From positions 1-64,000 of IMG/VR virus record IMGVR_UViG_3300020166_000019: a stretch of DNA of 64,000 nucleotides; one strand, written 5' to 3'. Made by a program: the position numbers and the translations under genes. The notes beneath the pieces were generated by a model that made no database searches, was not told the origin of the DNA, and was given only the letters and a program-made list of their open reading frames with translations. This stretch comes from a virus. Taxonomy: Duplodnaviria; Caudoviricetes. Positions 48,173 through 59,185 of the stretch are shown in pieces (the first letter of the stretch is position 1; each line of letters begins with the position of its first letter).

Positions 48173-48740
48173 GTGCGTAAATAATTCAAATAATTTAGAT
48201 GATTGTAAGATAGTATATTTTGATACTACTGGGAATATCCAATCAATTGAAAACCGTATAATACAAGACAGTGAAAATATATATGTATATTTCAGAACAT
48301 CTGACATTAGTATTTTCTTAGATGGGACTACGAACATAGATGATTATCATATCATTTATAAAAATGACACAATGAGTTACCACATTGTTCGTAAAGATAG
48401 CAAAAAACTTATATCTATAAAAAATAACTTTACAAAAAAATTAGAAATACATAAAGAGCCTACTATTATGATTGACATTACATACAGAGGATTTTCATTT
48501 CAATTAGTTGAAGATATTTTAGGTCAAACTGAGTTGCTAAAAAGACTTAATCAAAATTTTTATGTTACATTATATGAAGAACCAGATTTTATTATTGACA
48601 CAATAAATTTAAACTATGAAAATTTAATTTCTGGCGAAAGATATCTAATTGATTACCAACATAAATATAACAAGATAAGTATGTATATAACTCAAGAATT
48701 ATTAAAAACTTACTCACTGGAGGATAAAAGAATAGCATGA
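48165..48740 (+). CDS. Hypothetical protein
   Basis: ORF overlapping both neighbours; SD GAGGA before ATG 48165. Confidence 0.6.
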   Translation: MFECVNNSNNLDDCKIVYFDTTGNIQSIENRIIQDSENIYVYFRTSDISIFLDGTTNIDDYHIIYKNDTMSYHIVRKDSKKLISIKNNFTKKLEIHKEPTIMIDITYRGFSFQLVEDILGQTELLKRLNQNFYVTLYEEPDFIIDTINLNYENLISGERYLIDYQHKYNKISMYITQELLKTYSLEDKRIA

Positions 48741-49693
48741 CTACAATTACCATAAAACACTTAGATATATTTTATCTTAGCTATGATGAACCCAACAAAG
48801 AAGAACATTATGCTGACTTATTAAAAAAATATCCACAAGCAAAACGTATTGATGGAGTTAAAGGATTTGACAACGCACATAAAGCTTGTGCACGTGCTAG
48901 TAATACAGACAGATTTATAACTATTGATGGTGATAATATTGTTGACAAAAAATTCTTTGATCTTGTATTGAATTTTCCTGAGAATACAGATTTAAGCCGC
49001 AGTGTCATATCCTGGGGAGCAAAGAATTTAACCAATGGCCTAGTATATGGCAACGGTGGCATTAAATGTTGGCCTGTTAAACTTGTATTAGATATGAAGA
49101 CACATGAAAATGCAGATAATGAAACTAAGAAACTAGATTTCTGCTGGGACTTAGATTACAAGCAAATGAATAATACTTATTCAATGATATTCAACAGTGG
49201 ATCTCCATTCCAAGCGTTTCGTAGCGGATTCCGAGAAGGTGTTAAGATGTCTCTGGATGAAGGCAAAATTATTGATCCCTCTAAATTTAAAACTAAAGTT
49301 TGGCCAAAGAATTATCATAGATTACTTACCTGGTGTAACATTGGGGCAGATATAGAAAATGGGCTATGGTCAATATACGGAGCACGATTAGGGTGTTATA
49401 ATATAAATTTTGATGGTAATTTTACTGCTGAAAGTATTAGTGACTATGATTGGTTCAAATCATATTTTCATAACGAAATATATCCACAGTTTGTATCGGA
49501 TGATTCTGAAACTGATTTTGACTTATTATATGATAAAACATTAGAATTGGGAGACAGTCTAGTAGATAAGTTGGGAATGGAATTATGTGATCCAACTGTA
49601 GAAATGTCAAACTTTTTTAAATTAGTATACGTAAATCCCAAACGTGTATGGAATCCACTGGCAACTGAAAAATCAACCGGTTGGGACAAATAA
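48737..49693 (+). CDS. GT-A-fold glycosyltransferase-like protein (SYDEP family)
   Basis: DIFYLSYDEPN, RIDGVKGFDNAHKACA, FITIDGD (DxD), LVYGNGGIKCW, AFRSGFREGVKM. Confidence 0.7.
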   Translation: MTTITIKHLDIFYLSYDEPNKEEHYADLLKKYPQAKRIDGVKGFDNAHKACARASNTDRFITIDGDNIVDKKFFDLVLNFPENTDLSRSVISWGAKNLTNGLVYGNGGIKCWPVKLVLDMKTHENADNETKKLDFCWDLDYKQMNNTYSMIFNSGSPFQAFRSGFREGVKMSLDEGKIIDPSKFKTKVWPKNYHRLLTWCNIGADIENGLWSIYGARLGCYNINFDGNFTAESISDYDWFKSYFHNEIYPQFVSDDSETDFDLLYDKTLELGDSLVDKLGMELCDPTVEMSNFFKLVYVNPKRVWNPLATEKSTGWDK

Positions 49694-49896
49694 TATTATA
49701 CACCGTACGATAATTATGGTTAAGAAAATCAGATTATTGTATAAACCAGTAGATGAAGTAGCAAAAAGAAAATACTAAACATGGATATTATTTTAATTGC
49801 AGTAATCTTTTCAGCATTGATCGGATACTGGGCAGAGAGGGTACTGCTAAGGCTAAGAAAGAACAAATGAAAAATAAAAAAGATAAGAGTATATAA

Positions 49897-51471
49897 ATGG
49901 GACAATATGAAGACGAAGCAATTGATGCGAGAGAATCACTGAACAAGATATCGGCATCAATGTGTATGGCCAAATGGTTACAAGTAAGTTTACATTTACC
50001 TCAGGGTAGAACCCACAGTTGCTATCACCCACCAACACACTCAATTCCATTAAATGAACTAAAAAAAGATGTGGGCGCACTACATAACACTGAGTTTAAA
50101 ATGCAAGAGCGCAAGCAAATGTTAAACGGTGAAAGACCTGCCGGATGCCAGTATTGCTGGAATGTAGAAGATGCGCCGGATGCACCGTCGGGTGGACGAT
50201 TGAGTGATCGGCATTATCGTTCAAGTGAATGGTGGGCACAAGAAGCGTGGAATGAAGTAGTTAATAATCCATTCGATCACAAAATTACTCCACGATATGT
50301 AGAAGTTAATTTTAATCAAGCATGTAATCTTAAATGCAGTTATTGTGCACCACACTTGAGCACCGCCTGGGAAGACGATATTAAAAAACACGGTAATTTT
50401 AAATTTGCTAGTGGAACAGTACATAATGATATTCCTACATTAAAAAAAGCGGGTTGGATGCCACTTGATGTTGCACGAAAGGATAACCCATACGTTTCTG
50501 CGTTTTGGGAATGGTTCCCTGTGGTATACAAGGATTTGAAAGTCTTTCGTATGACAGGCGGCGAACCTCTTATGGATAAAAATACATTTAAGATTTTAGA
50601 TTATGTGAATAGTAATCCCAATTCTTCATTAGACTTGAGCATCACATCTAATATGTCACCGCCGGATCCAAAACTGTTTGATAGGTTTATAGAAAAGATA
50701 AAAACACTAGAAGAAGTTAGAGTATGGGAAGATCCAGATAAATTTAATTCAGATTCTGGTAATAATTGGTATGTAGCACCTGCTTGTAAACACTTTAGTT
50801 TATTTGTAAGTGTTGACAGTGTGGGTAAGCAAGCAGAATACTTACGTGACGGACTAGACTTTGATACAATGTATGAAAACTGTCGAAGATTTCTAAGAGA
50901 GACTAGTGGCACTGAAATATCATTTATTAACACATTTAATTTACTAAGTATTCCAAATTTAAGGGGATTCTTACAAATGATATTAGATTTAAGAGAAGAG
51001 TTTGGTTATGATAACCAAGATGACTTTTCATTTCAACCACCAGACCATAATGGATATGTTCACCCACCGTTTATACGAAAAAAAAGACAGAGAATATGGT
51101 TTGATATTCCATACTTACGCTTTCCAGACTGGATGACAATTCAATTAGCAGACGATATGCTACTTGATATGATACAAGACAATATCAACTTTATGAAACA
51201 GAATGTACTGTCAAATGAGGATTATAATATATCATATAATGGGTTTAAAAATTACGAAGTCCTAAAACTTGAACGAGATTTATCTTGGGCAAAACAAGGA
51301 ATAAACATGAGTGATGAACAATTAAGTATAAATATTATTAAATTCTATGAATACTTTACTGAGTATGATCGTAGGCGTGGTAAAAACTTTTTAGATACGT
51401 TTCCAGAAATGACTGAATTTTGGAATGAATCTAAAGAAGAATATGAGGAAAATCATGGCAAGAGACTTTAA
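49897..51471 (+). CDS. Radical SAM enzyme with an N-terminal twitch-like Cys domain
   Basis: CNLKCSYC, TGGEP; N-terminal CMAKW...SCYHP...CQYCW. Confidence 0.88.
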   Translation: MGQYEDEAIDARESLNKISASMCMAKWLQVSLHLPQGRTHSCYHPPTHSIPLNELKKDVGALHNTEFKMQERKQMLNGERPAGCQYCWNVEDAPDAPSGGRLSDRHYRSSEWWAQEAWNEVVNNPFDHKITPRYVEVNFNQACNLKCSYCAPHLSTAWEDDIKKHGNFKFASGTVHNDIPTLKKAGWMPLDVARKDNPYVSAFWEWFPVVYKDLKVFRMTGGEPLMDKNTFKILDYVNSNPNSSLDLSITSNMSPPDPKLFDRFIEKIKTLEEVRVWEDPDKFNSDSGNNWYVAPACKHFSLFVSVDSVGKQAEYLRDGLDFDTMYENCRRFLRETSGTEISFINTFNLLSIPNLRGFLQMILDLREEFGYDNQDDFSFQPPDHNGYVHPPFIRKKRQRIWFDIPYLRFPDWMTIQLADDMLLDMIQDNINFMKQNVLSNEDYNISYNGFKNYEVLKLERDLSWAKQGINMSDEQLSINIIKFYEYFTEYDRRRGKNFLDTFPEMTEFWNESKEEYEENHGKRL

Positions 51472-52945
51472 AAATGGCGAAACACTACACCAATTCAAAG
51501 AACGTGTAATTGATACTATAAGTGATAGTTATTGTGCTGCAAAATGGTACAATGCAACTATTTGGTTAGGCCACGGCCAAACTGCAAGTTGCCATCATCC
51601 CCCTAGTCATAAAATTCCTTTGGAAGAATTGAAAGATAATCCATCCGCAATTCATAATACTATGCATAAGAAAAAGTTGCGTAAAATGATGCTTAATGGT
51701 GATCGTCCCAGTGAATGCGAATATTGTTGGAAAATTGAAGATATGGGAAAAAATCACATCAGTGATCGTACCTTCAAAACAGAAACAGTTCCAGAAGATA
51801 AAATTTTAGAAAGTGTGTCGGCGAAATGGGATGATAATCCGACACTGACAACACTTGAAATATCGTTTGATAGAGCATGCAATCTCAAATGTAGTTATTG
51901 TAATCCTACATTCAGCACTGCGTGGGTAAAAGATATTAATACATATGGACCATATGTTGATATTCAGAGTGATGGCCGCGGACACTTTGAAACAAACGCT
52001 CCCTGGGCTGAACCTCCAACCAAGAGAGAAGAAGATAATCCATATATCCAAGCCTTTCATAAATGGTGGGATGATGAATTATCTGAAACATTGGATGAAA
52101 TTAGATTGACTGGTGGCGAACCAATAATGCACACTGGTACTTGGAAACTATTTGATTGGTTCGAAGCTAATCAAGATTCTGAAATGAGATTTGCTATTAA
52201 TAGTAATCTTTCGCCTGATTCACCTAAGGTATTAGACAAACTAATTGAAAAGGCACAGTTTATAAAAAAATTATATATATATACATCAGCAGAAGCGACA
52301 AAAGATGCTGCTGAATATATTCGTGATGGGCTAAACTATGATCTATGGAAAAATAATATGGATCGTGTTATGAATGAAACAAATGCCGGAATGCACATGA
52401 TGATGACAATTAATTCATTATGCTTGCCGACAATAACTGATTTCTTAGATGAAATGTTAGATCTAAAAGAAAAATGGGGACACAGGGCACCGATGTTGAG
52501 TTTAAATATACTTAGATTCCCATCATTCCAAAGTGCTGCTATTCTGCCTCCAGAATTGAAATCTATATACAAAGAACAATTACAAGATTGGTTTTTAGGA
52601 GAACGTGCACAAAAATTATGTGGCGACATCGAAAAAGCTAATATTGCAAGACTTATTGATTATCTAGATATAGTAAAGACTCCTCATAAGAATACATCTG
52701 AAACTGAAAAATTACACCATGACTTTAAAACGTTTTATACGCAATATGATATTAGAAGAGGCAAGAATTTTTCCGAAACATTCAAGGGGCCGTTAGCAGA
52801 CTGGTTCGAATCTATCGATATTATAGTTCCAACAAAGAAAGAAATCTTAGATCGTACATTTGTTTCTAGTATGCCTGCAAGACTCAGAACTAGCCCATCA
52901 ACTGTTGAACAATATTCTGGCGGCGACGATGATCATGAGATTTAG
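51455..52945 (+). CDS. Radical SAM enzyme with an N-terminal twitch-like Cys domain (paralog)
   Basis: CNLKCSYC, TGGEP; CAAKW...SCHHP...CEYCW. SD GAGGA before ATG 51455. Confidence 0.88.
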   Translation: MARDFKNGETLHQFKERVIDTISDSYCAAKWYNATIWLGHGQTASCHHPPSHKIPLEELKDNPSAIHNTMHKKKLRKMMLNGDRPSECEYCWKIEDMGKNHISDRTFKTETVPEDKILESVSAKWDDNPTLTTLEISFDRACNLKCSYCNPTFSTAWVKDINTYGPYVDIQSDGRGHFETNAPWAEPPTKREEDNPYIQAFHKWWDDELSETLDEIRLTGGEPIMHTGTWKLFDWFEANQDSEMRFAINSNLSPDSPKVLDKLIEKAQFIKKLYIYTSAEATKDAAEYIRDGLNYDLWKNNMDRVMNETNAGMHMMMTINSLCLPTITDFLDEMLDLKEKWGHRAPMLSLNILRFPSFQSAAILPPELKSIYKEQLQDWFLGERAQKLCGDIEKANIARLIDYLDIVKTPHKNTSETEKLHHDFKTFYTQYDIRRGKNFSETFKGPLADWFESIDIIVPTKKEILDRTFVSSMPARLRTSPSTVEQYSGGDDDHEI

Positions 52946-52949
52946 ATAG

Positions 52950-55061
52950 ATGTTTATCCATATTGATTATACTCTTCGTGAATGTATCATTGAATTTGTA
53001 CTATCTGAATTTAAAAATAAAAGAATATATGAATTGGATTCTGTTGCAAAACAACAAATGGATGACATTGTTGATTCATTGGTAGATGATATCATACTTC
53101 TGATAGGGGGAAATAACGATCTATATGCTTATAAGAGTAGAGAATTTAATACAACACTTGTTGGTAATCATTTTAAAATAAAAATATATACCGGTATATC
53201 TAAAAAAATTGCAAAAAATAATTACAAGTTAGCAGAACAATATTTGACAAATAGTTTTGCTGTACTTGAGCCAATTGAATTTGAAAATGACTGGTGCCGT
53301 GTCGAAGTTTATCGTTACATCGATGCTCCGAACGTTGAAAATTTATTATACTCAGATGCAATAATAGATATTGATGATATTAATAACAAGTTTGTTAGGT
53401 ATGTTATTAATACCTATTATTCATCTATTGACGAACATGAGGATTGTTACTATTGTTATGATAGTAATATGAGCAATTTTGTACTATCAACCGATGGCGA
53501 ATTGACAAATATTGATTTTGATTTTATTTCCAAATATTCTTATCATCAGATGATACACGATGTTGTCTGGCAATGGTGCACATTCATGTTCTTAGATAAT
53601 GATAATCCTCGACACGATAATAAAAATTCATATACATTGTCTTACATAGAAAATGGCAATGATATTTTTTCATTGGCAAACAGATTAATAGATGAAATCT
53701 ATAAGAAAATTAGTAAAAATAGGCCTGATAAAAAGTTACAAATACCGTTACCATCAGCACCATATACAGACTCAGTTCAAAATGAAATAACTGAATATAA
53801 TAAAAAACAATTGATGGCTCAATACAAATTTAATTATCTGGGAAACCAGAATGCAAATCCAATGTTTGAACATATGGCAAACTTTATAATGGATCATGAT
53901 TGTACTAATATTCTAGATATAGCGTGTGGACATTCTAGAATTAATGAATTCCTAACTGATCACCAGTATACGCTACACGGAATAGATAATGATACTGGTG
54001 CTGTAGAATACGCAAATATTTTGTATCAAGACGATGATAATATCAATATATTTAATGATGATATTATGGAGATGATAGAAAGAGACACTGATGATAATTT
54101 TGATTGCATAGTTATATCAGGATTTTTGTATTATATGAAACCCGGAGCATTTAAATATTCTCCTAATGAGTTCATTGAAAAACTGGTTGAGAAGTTCAGT
54201 CCACAATACATTTTGGTATGTGAACCTCGCCCTAGTAAATCTTATTTAACCAGTGACTTATCTGAAGTATTCAGTTCTTGGCGTTATCAAAGTAAATTCT
54301 TTGATTTGAATATACGTATGGGAGAACGAGTTGTGTATGCTTTACATACAGATACCAGACGATCAATATACGAAAGGGATATAGTAGCAGAATTTAATCC
54401 AGACAGTATACATAATCATCGTAAAGAACCCGATTATGATGATTCATTATTGTATAATAATGTTTATTTGACTAATACTGAAACACTTAAAGATGTAATA
54501 CCATCTGATGCAACACATTATATTAGTGTGTGTGGTGGACTTAAATGTGTATACCAAGCGTGTATGGATTGGGAGCCAGGAAGAGATTTCAAAATGACGT
54601 ATATTGATGTTGTTCCAACTGCATTGGACTTTAGAATGTATTTTGATTTTCTGTACCCAAAAATTAGAAATCTAACAGATGTTGCAAAATTCTATAAAAA
54701 AGACATTAATTCAGATGTATGGTTTGCAATGGGCGAAGGTAGACATCTATCAGAAGCAAATAATGTGTTATACGAGCAACTTGAATATTTGAATATACAA
54801 GATAAATGGGATGATTTTATTCAAGCATATAACAAAATTGATAAAGAATACATAAGAATAGATGCGGTTAGTGATATTATTACACTTAATAATATTATTA
54901 AGAATGATACATCATCTAAACTATTTTGGTATAGTAATATACATGATTGGCATCAGTTTAGATACACGGAGGAAGACTTTGCTAGGTGGAAAGAAATACT
55001 ACTGACATCTAACAATATAAAATTATTAGGTAAGGTACCTCCGTTTACGAGTTCTCCATAA
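52950..55061 (+). CDS. Multidomain protein: kinase-like + class I SAM methyltransferase + C-terminal Rossmann-like domain
   Basis: YDSNMSNFV...NIDFD (APH/choline-kinase-like); ILDIACG, GIDND, FDCIVISGFLYY (methyltransferase). Confidence 0.6.
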   Translation: MFIHIDYTLRECIIEFVLSEFKNKRIYELDSVAKQQMDDIVDSLVDDIILLIGGNNDLYAYKSREFNTTLVGNHFKIKIYTGISKKIAKNNYKLAEQYLTNSFAVLEPIEFENDWCRVEVYRYIDAPNVENLLYSDAIIDIDDINNKFVRYVINTYYSSIDEHEDCYYCYDSNMSNFVLSTDGELTNIDFDFISKYSYHQMIHDVVWQWCTFMFLDNDNPRHDNKNSYTLSYIENGNDIFSLANRLIDEIYKKISKNRPDKKLQIPLPSAPYTDSVQNEITEYNKKQLMAQYKFNYLGNQNANPMFEHMANFIMDHDCTNILDIACGHSRINEFLTDHQYTLHGIDNDTGAVEYANILYQDDDNINIFNDDIMEMIERDTDDNFDCIVISGFLYYMKPGAFKYSPNEFIEKLVEKFSPQYILVCEPRPSKSYLTSDLSEVFSSWRYQSKFFDLNIRMGERVVYALHTDTRRSIYERDIVAEFNPDSIHNHRKEPDYDDSLLYNNVYLTNTETLKDVIPSDATHYISVCGGLKCVYQACMDWEPGRDFKMTYIDVVPTALDFRMYFDFLYPKIRNLTDVAKFYKKDINSDVWFAMGEGRHLSEANNVLYEQLEYLNIQDKWDDFIQAYNKIDKEYIRIDAVSDIITLNNIIKNDTSSKLFWYSNIHDWHQFRYTEEDFARWKEILLTSNNIKLLGKVPPFTSSP

Positions 55062-55076
55062 ATAATAAATAATTAT

Positions 55077-56063
55077 ATGAGTAATATTATTAATAATACA
55101 ACATCTTGGTCACTTTTTTCCAATGCAAAAAAATCTTATAATAGTAACTACGGCCTTTGTGGCCAAATAATACATCATGGTGATCCAAATATTGAAGAAC
55201 GTTATACTAGTGATTATGATACTAGAACCGATCTGTCAGATGTGAACTATATAAAATCTAAAAAACATATATTGTTTTTTGGTGATAGTTTCACATACGG
55301 ACACGGCATCAGTGGAAAACACACCATTACTAATGTAATGCAACACAAGATGAATGATGATTATATATTAATTAATCTAGGTAAGCCTGGGGCAAGCGGC
55401 GATAAAGTAGTAGAAATTTTTTGCCAATGGATGAATTGCGAATATGCTGATAACGTACATACAGTTGTTGTCAATTTTCCAGATCATTCTCGGAATACAT
55501 TGACACGGACAGTAAATTTTAAAGAATGGGGAAATAAGAGATTACAATTGTATGATGATATGGTTAACCCCAATGCTGACATGAGTTTATTGCCAAAATT
55601 TGTAGCATCTGGCTATGCCGACATAATAAAAGAGGAAGAGGCAAAAGAAATTCACGCCGCCTATTATAAAAATTTTTGTACTCCAGTACTAGATTTAAAA
55701 CGATATGAAAAAAATTTATTATTATTAACAACATTGTGTAAGCTCAACAATTTAAATTTAATTTCATGGCATTGGTATAGTTATTTAAATGCTTTTGAAC
55801 CACCCTATCATGAGTATGCTATAAGTGATAATAAAATTTTTGAAAACATAATACAAAATTTACAGAAATCTTTTTCTGAACAAGGATTAATTTACAAAAC
55901 CATCATTGATATTCGTGAAAAAGTTAAATTAGAATATAACACTCAATATGGAAAAGAAGATCCAAACAAACTGCATCTGCGCCTCGAAGATGGACACTTT
56001 AGTAATAAAGGGAACAAGATATTATCTGAAATAATTTATGACACACTTAAAGGAATTATTTAA
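55077..56063 (+). CDS. SGNH/GDSL hydrolase-like protein
   Basis: FFGDSFTYG, NLGKPGAS, DGHFSNKGN. Confidence 0.7.
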   Translation: MSNIINNTTSWSLFSNAKKSYNSNYGLCGQIIHHGDPNIEERYTSDYDTRTDLSDVNYIKSKKHILFFGDSFTYGHGISGKHTITNVMQHKMNDDYILINLGKPGASGDKVVEIFCQWMNCEYADNVHTVVVNFPDHSRNTLTRTVNFKEWGNKRLQLYDDMVNPNADMSLLPKFVASGYADIIKEEEAKEIHAAYYKNFCTPVLDLKRYEKNLLLLTTLCKLNNLNLISWHWYSYLNAFEPPYHEYAISDNKIFENIIQNLQKSFSEQGLIYKTIIDIREKVKLEYNTQYGKEDPNKLHLRLEDGHFSNKGNKILSEIIYDTLKGII

Positions 56064-56675
56064 ATGACTACTAGCAATACCAAGTACATTGTTAACGCAT
56101 TGCAAAAATCTAATATCAATATATTGCCATATGAATGGATGCACATCGAAAATATATTTTCAGATGAATATTATAAACTATTAAAATCCACCCCATTAGA
56201 AGAAGTACAAAAAATGTTGATAGATGATTTTAATGATCCAGATGTATTCGACACTGTTATTGAAAAATTTACTGGTGCACCGTTAAATGGTGATACAATT
56301 AATAGTATATATGCTTTTTGGCAATCACACGGCAAAGGCTACACTTTGAAACCACATGAAGATGGTGAAACTCGTATTTTTACTTTCACTATATATCTTG
56401 CTGATAATAATGATTATCCTGAAGCCGGCACTGCTGTATATGAAGTAAACGAGAATACAAAAGAGTACAAAACTGTGAGTATGATACCATATACCATGAA
56501 TAGTGCAATGCTTATTGCGCCGTGTAAAAAGAGAACGTGGCACGGTGTTAATATGTTAGAACACAATATAAAAAGAGATAGTATAGTTTTAGTATTTGCA
56601 ACACATAAATGGGAGCCTGGCCAAATGCATTATGCTGATTGGAAATCTGGGATAAGTGTGACACATGTTATATGA
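56064..56675 (+). CDS. 2OG-Fe(II) oxygenase
   Basis: PHED (HxD)...TWHGV...RDS: facial triad plus the 2OG-binding Arg. Confidence 0.8.
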   Translation: MTTSNTKYIVNALQKSNINILPYEWMHIENIFSDEYYKLLKSTPLEEVQKMLIDDFNDPDVFDTVIEKFTGAPLNGDTINSIYAFWQSHGKGYTLKPHEDGETRIFTFTIYLADNNDYPEAGTAVYEVNENTKEYKTVSMIPYTMNSAMLIAPCKKRTWHGVNMLEHNIKRDSIVLVFATHKWEPGQMHYADWKSGISVTHVI

Positions 56676-57117
56676 AGAAATAGATGGATGGCGTTGTGTT
56701 GTAGTTGTGAGTAGCGATTCTAGATTACACTTGAATCAAAATGCAGTTGATGGTGTAAAAATATCAGATGATGATATAAATTTAATGCGAAGCGATGTAT
56801 ATTATAACTTTAAAGTACTAGCAAATGATTTTGACGGTGTTAAAAATCAATGGTTGGATTACCCTCACATCCAATATTTAACTAATGCATATGAATTCAA
56901 TTCGGTGGAACGAGCCGTAAATATTCCATATAGTAATCTTATATCATTGGACTTGGATAGTAATCCAATGGCTATACATCAAAAAATGGGAAGTATATCT
57001 TTTGGTTGTGGTGATTGTGGTGATACATTTTTTTCGTATGGGTCATCAGAATTAATCTTCAATGGACTGTTTCAAAGCTTTTCGGGCAGCGGTTCTGGAA
57101 GTATTTGGGTGAGATGA
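56665..57117 (+). CDS. Hypothetical protein
   Basis: 150-aa ORF overlapping the oxygenase stop. Confidence 0.55.
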   Translation: MLYEEIDGWRCVVVVSSDSRLHLNQNAVDGVKISDDDINLMRSDVYYNFKVLANDFDGVKNQWLDYPHIQYLTNAYEFNSVERAVNIPYSNLISLDLDSNPMAIHQKMGSISFGCGDCGDTFFSYGSSELIFNGLFQSFSGSGSGSIWVR

Positions 57118-57130
57118 TTGTTATCTTTCT

Positions 57131-57916
57131 TTAAATAATTTTCACATAATTCAATCTAGTCTCTTTAATGTCAGGATTCCCCCAAACAGTGCTGCAATCT
57201 TTGACTTTTGCAGTAATACTAAAAATTCCAGTCATATCTGATAATTCATCTTTGGTAGTAAAGAATGAAACGCGATTACCATCGGGAGTAATAGCATTTA
57301 TATTCCATCCAGCCCAAGCAGTTGCCTGACGTTTAGACATAATCTCAATATCTATAGTAACTTTATCATCTTTACTTCCAACGTATTCAGAACCAACCGA
57401 ACGTTCTTCTAATTTCTTTTTATTAGTATCACGTTTTACATATTCAGGAATAAAAGCAATAATGCCCATATGCTTTTGAATATATAATTCATCATCATTT
57501 TCTGCCAAAAATTCATGAATACTGGTTTCAAAATCGTTCATATTATCACCGAGAACTTTGAACATAAATTCCATATTCAGATTATCAAGCATTGATTGTG
57601 CGGCATTCAATAACTCAGTATCTTCTAGAATATTTGGAACTACCTCTTCTAATGTTTGAATAACATGTCGATTACTTTCTTTAATACGTGTGTACCGCTG
57701 GACTTTTTCACCATCTTCAATTTTAGTAACAAAGTCAGACTTTCCACCACGTTTTAAATATTCGCCGTTAATACGTTGTGCTGCAATGGCCAAAGCAAGA
57801 ACTTCTTGTTTTGTTTTTGGTTTAATATAAGCACCATTTTCTTTTAATTCTGGATTACAAAACTTGATAGGATCAATCATTTTATAAAGGTCGTTTATTT
57901 TATTAAGATTGTTCAT
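57131..57916 (-). CDS. Hypothetical protein with a probable C-terminal OB-fold
   Basis: SEYVG..DDKVTIDIEI...ITAKVK...ETRLNYVK beta pattern. Confidence 0.6.
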   Translation of the reverse strand: MNNLNKINDLYKMIDPIKFCNPELKENGAYIKPKTKQEVLALAIAAQRINGEYLKRGGKSDFVTKIEDGEKVQRYTRIKESNRHVIQTLEEVVPNILEDTELLNAAQSMLDNLNMEFMFKVLGDNMNDFETSIHEFLAENDDELYIQKHMGIIAFIPEYVKRDTNKKKLEERSVGSEYVGSKDDKVTIDIEIMSKRQATAWAGWNINAITPDGNRVSFFTTKDELSDMTGIFSITAKVKDCSTVWGNPDIKETRLNYVKII

Positions 57917-58971
57917 TATTTATCCTTTTTAATTTCGTTGTGATACGCTTTATTTTTTGCACATGTTTTTATACATCCAGGTAAATGTAAATCATTATAA
58001 GGATGCCAACTTTCTACTAATAATTTTTTATACCACGGATGTTCTAGAACTTCATCTATGCTTTTATCTTTTAAACTATTCCACTCATTACCTTGTGTTG
58101 CTAATTTTTCTAACATTTTATCATTGTTGTATAAAGTATTATCCCAAAGAAAACAACATGGCCATAAAGTTAGATCATTTGCTATAAAAATTTCGCCTTC
58201 GTGTATATATTTACAAATAATACTATTAGTTACAGTTGAGATCTTTTCTTCATCAAGGCGGTTGCGTTGATATTCTTCAATAAAATTATCTAATTCTTTG
58301 ACTACATCTACTTTACTATGTTGTTTTTTACCTGTTGTGGTAATTGTTTTTTCTATTTTCTTATTTTTCTTACCTAATTTAACAAGCCAATCATCCTCAC
58401 TATTACGCATACCGGTACGAATACCAAAATTAAAACCTAAAGATTCTGCATGTTTTCTGGCAGTTTCAAGTTCATGTTCGTTATGATCAAATACAATATA
58501 TATCCACCCTGCTGAATCACTTGCCGCTGTTTTTGCAAAAGCTTCCATATTGCGTTTTACAACATTCCATTTTGTATTTACACGATATATGTGATTTGTT
58601 TCTTTGTGTCCGTCTACACAAAAATGAATATGTAACCTACCAGGATTTTCTGCTGAAATGCGTCCTAATTCTTCCCACCATTCAACAGTATTATATCCTC
58701 CGTTTGTACTATACTGTACATAGCCGCCGCAGCTAATAAGATATCTAGTCATTTCTAAACAATCAGGATTTACAATAGGGTCACCTAATACTCCGCAAAA
58801 TTTGAATTTTACTCCTGAATAGTCATCCACTGGAAATAGTCTTTGTAAATCTTGCAATGAAAAACTATTTACTACTAATTTATCTATGTTTAATGTTCTA
58901 GAACAACCCGGACACGCTGCATTACAATCGCTTGTAATTTCAAGCTCGACTTTTTTTAAATCTTTTAACAT
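57916..58971 (-). CDS. Radical SAM / SPASM-twitch enzyme
   Basis: ELEITSDCNAACPGC, GVLGDP, STNGG; C-terminal IFIANDLTLWPCC...CIKTC. Confidence 0.88.
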   Translation of the reverse strand: MLKDLKKVELEITSDCNAACPGCSRTLNIDKLVVNSFSLQDLQRLFPVDDYSGVKFKFCGVLGDPIVNPDCLEMTRYLISCGGYVQYSTNGGYNTVEWWEELGRISAENPGRLHIHFCVDGHKETNHIYRVNTKWNVVKRNMEAFAKTAASDSAGWIYIVFDHNEHELETARKHAESLGFNFGIRTGMRNSEDDWLVKLGKKNKKIEKTITTTGKKQHSKVDVVKELDNFIEEYQRNRLDEEKISTVTNSIICKYIHEGEIFIANDLTLWPCCFLWDNTLYNNDKMLEKLATQGNEWNSLKDKSIDEVLEHPWYKKLLVESWHPYNDLHLPGCIKTCAKNKAYHNEIKKDK

Positions 58972-58987
58972 TATTTAATAGGACCAA

Positions 58988-59185
58988 TCATTGAATCTTC
59001 TCCACCATATCAGCCGCACGATCAAAATATTCAGAATATGTTTCTCCGTCTAAGAGAACTTGCCACTTTTCGAAAAGATCACTATCGACAAAATTCCAAT
59101 TAATTTCACCGCTTTCTTTTTTGTTTTCTGGGATATAGGTTAGATTAATCAAATCATTGCAAAACCAAGCGAATGTAGCATCCAT
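58988..59185 (-). CDS. Small hypothetical early protein
   Basis: 65-aa ORF coupled (TAATG) to the upstream ORF. Confidence 0.65.
   Translation of the reverse strand: MDATFAWFCNDLINLTYIPENKKESGEINWNFVDSDLFEKWQVLLDGETYSEYFDRAADMVEKIQ

Noticed and set aside
49700-49896. Two tiny ORFs (20 aa; 29 aa MDIILIAVIFSALIGYWAERVLLRLRKNK)
   Set aside because: No clear SD; may be a gene remnant, but cannot be supported from sequence alone.
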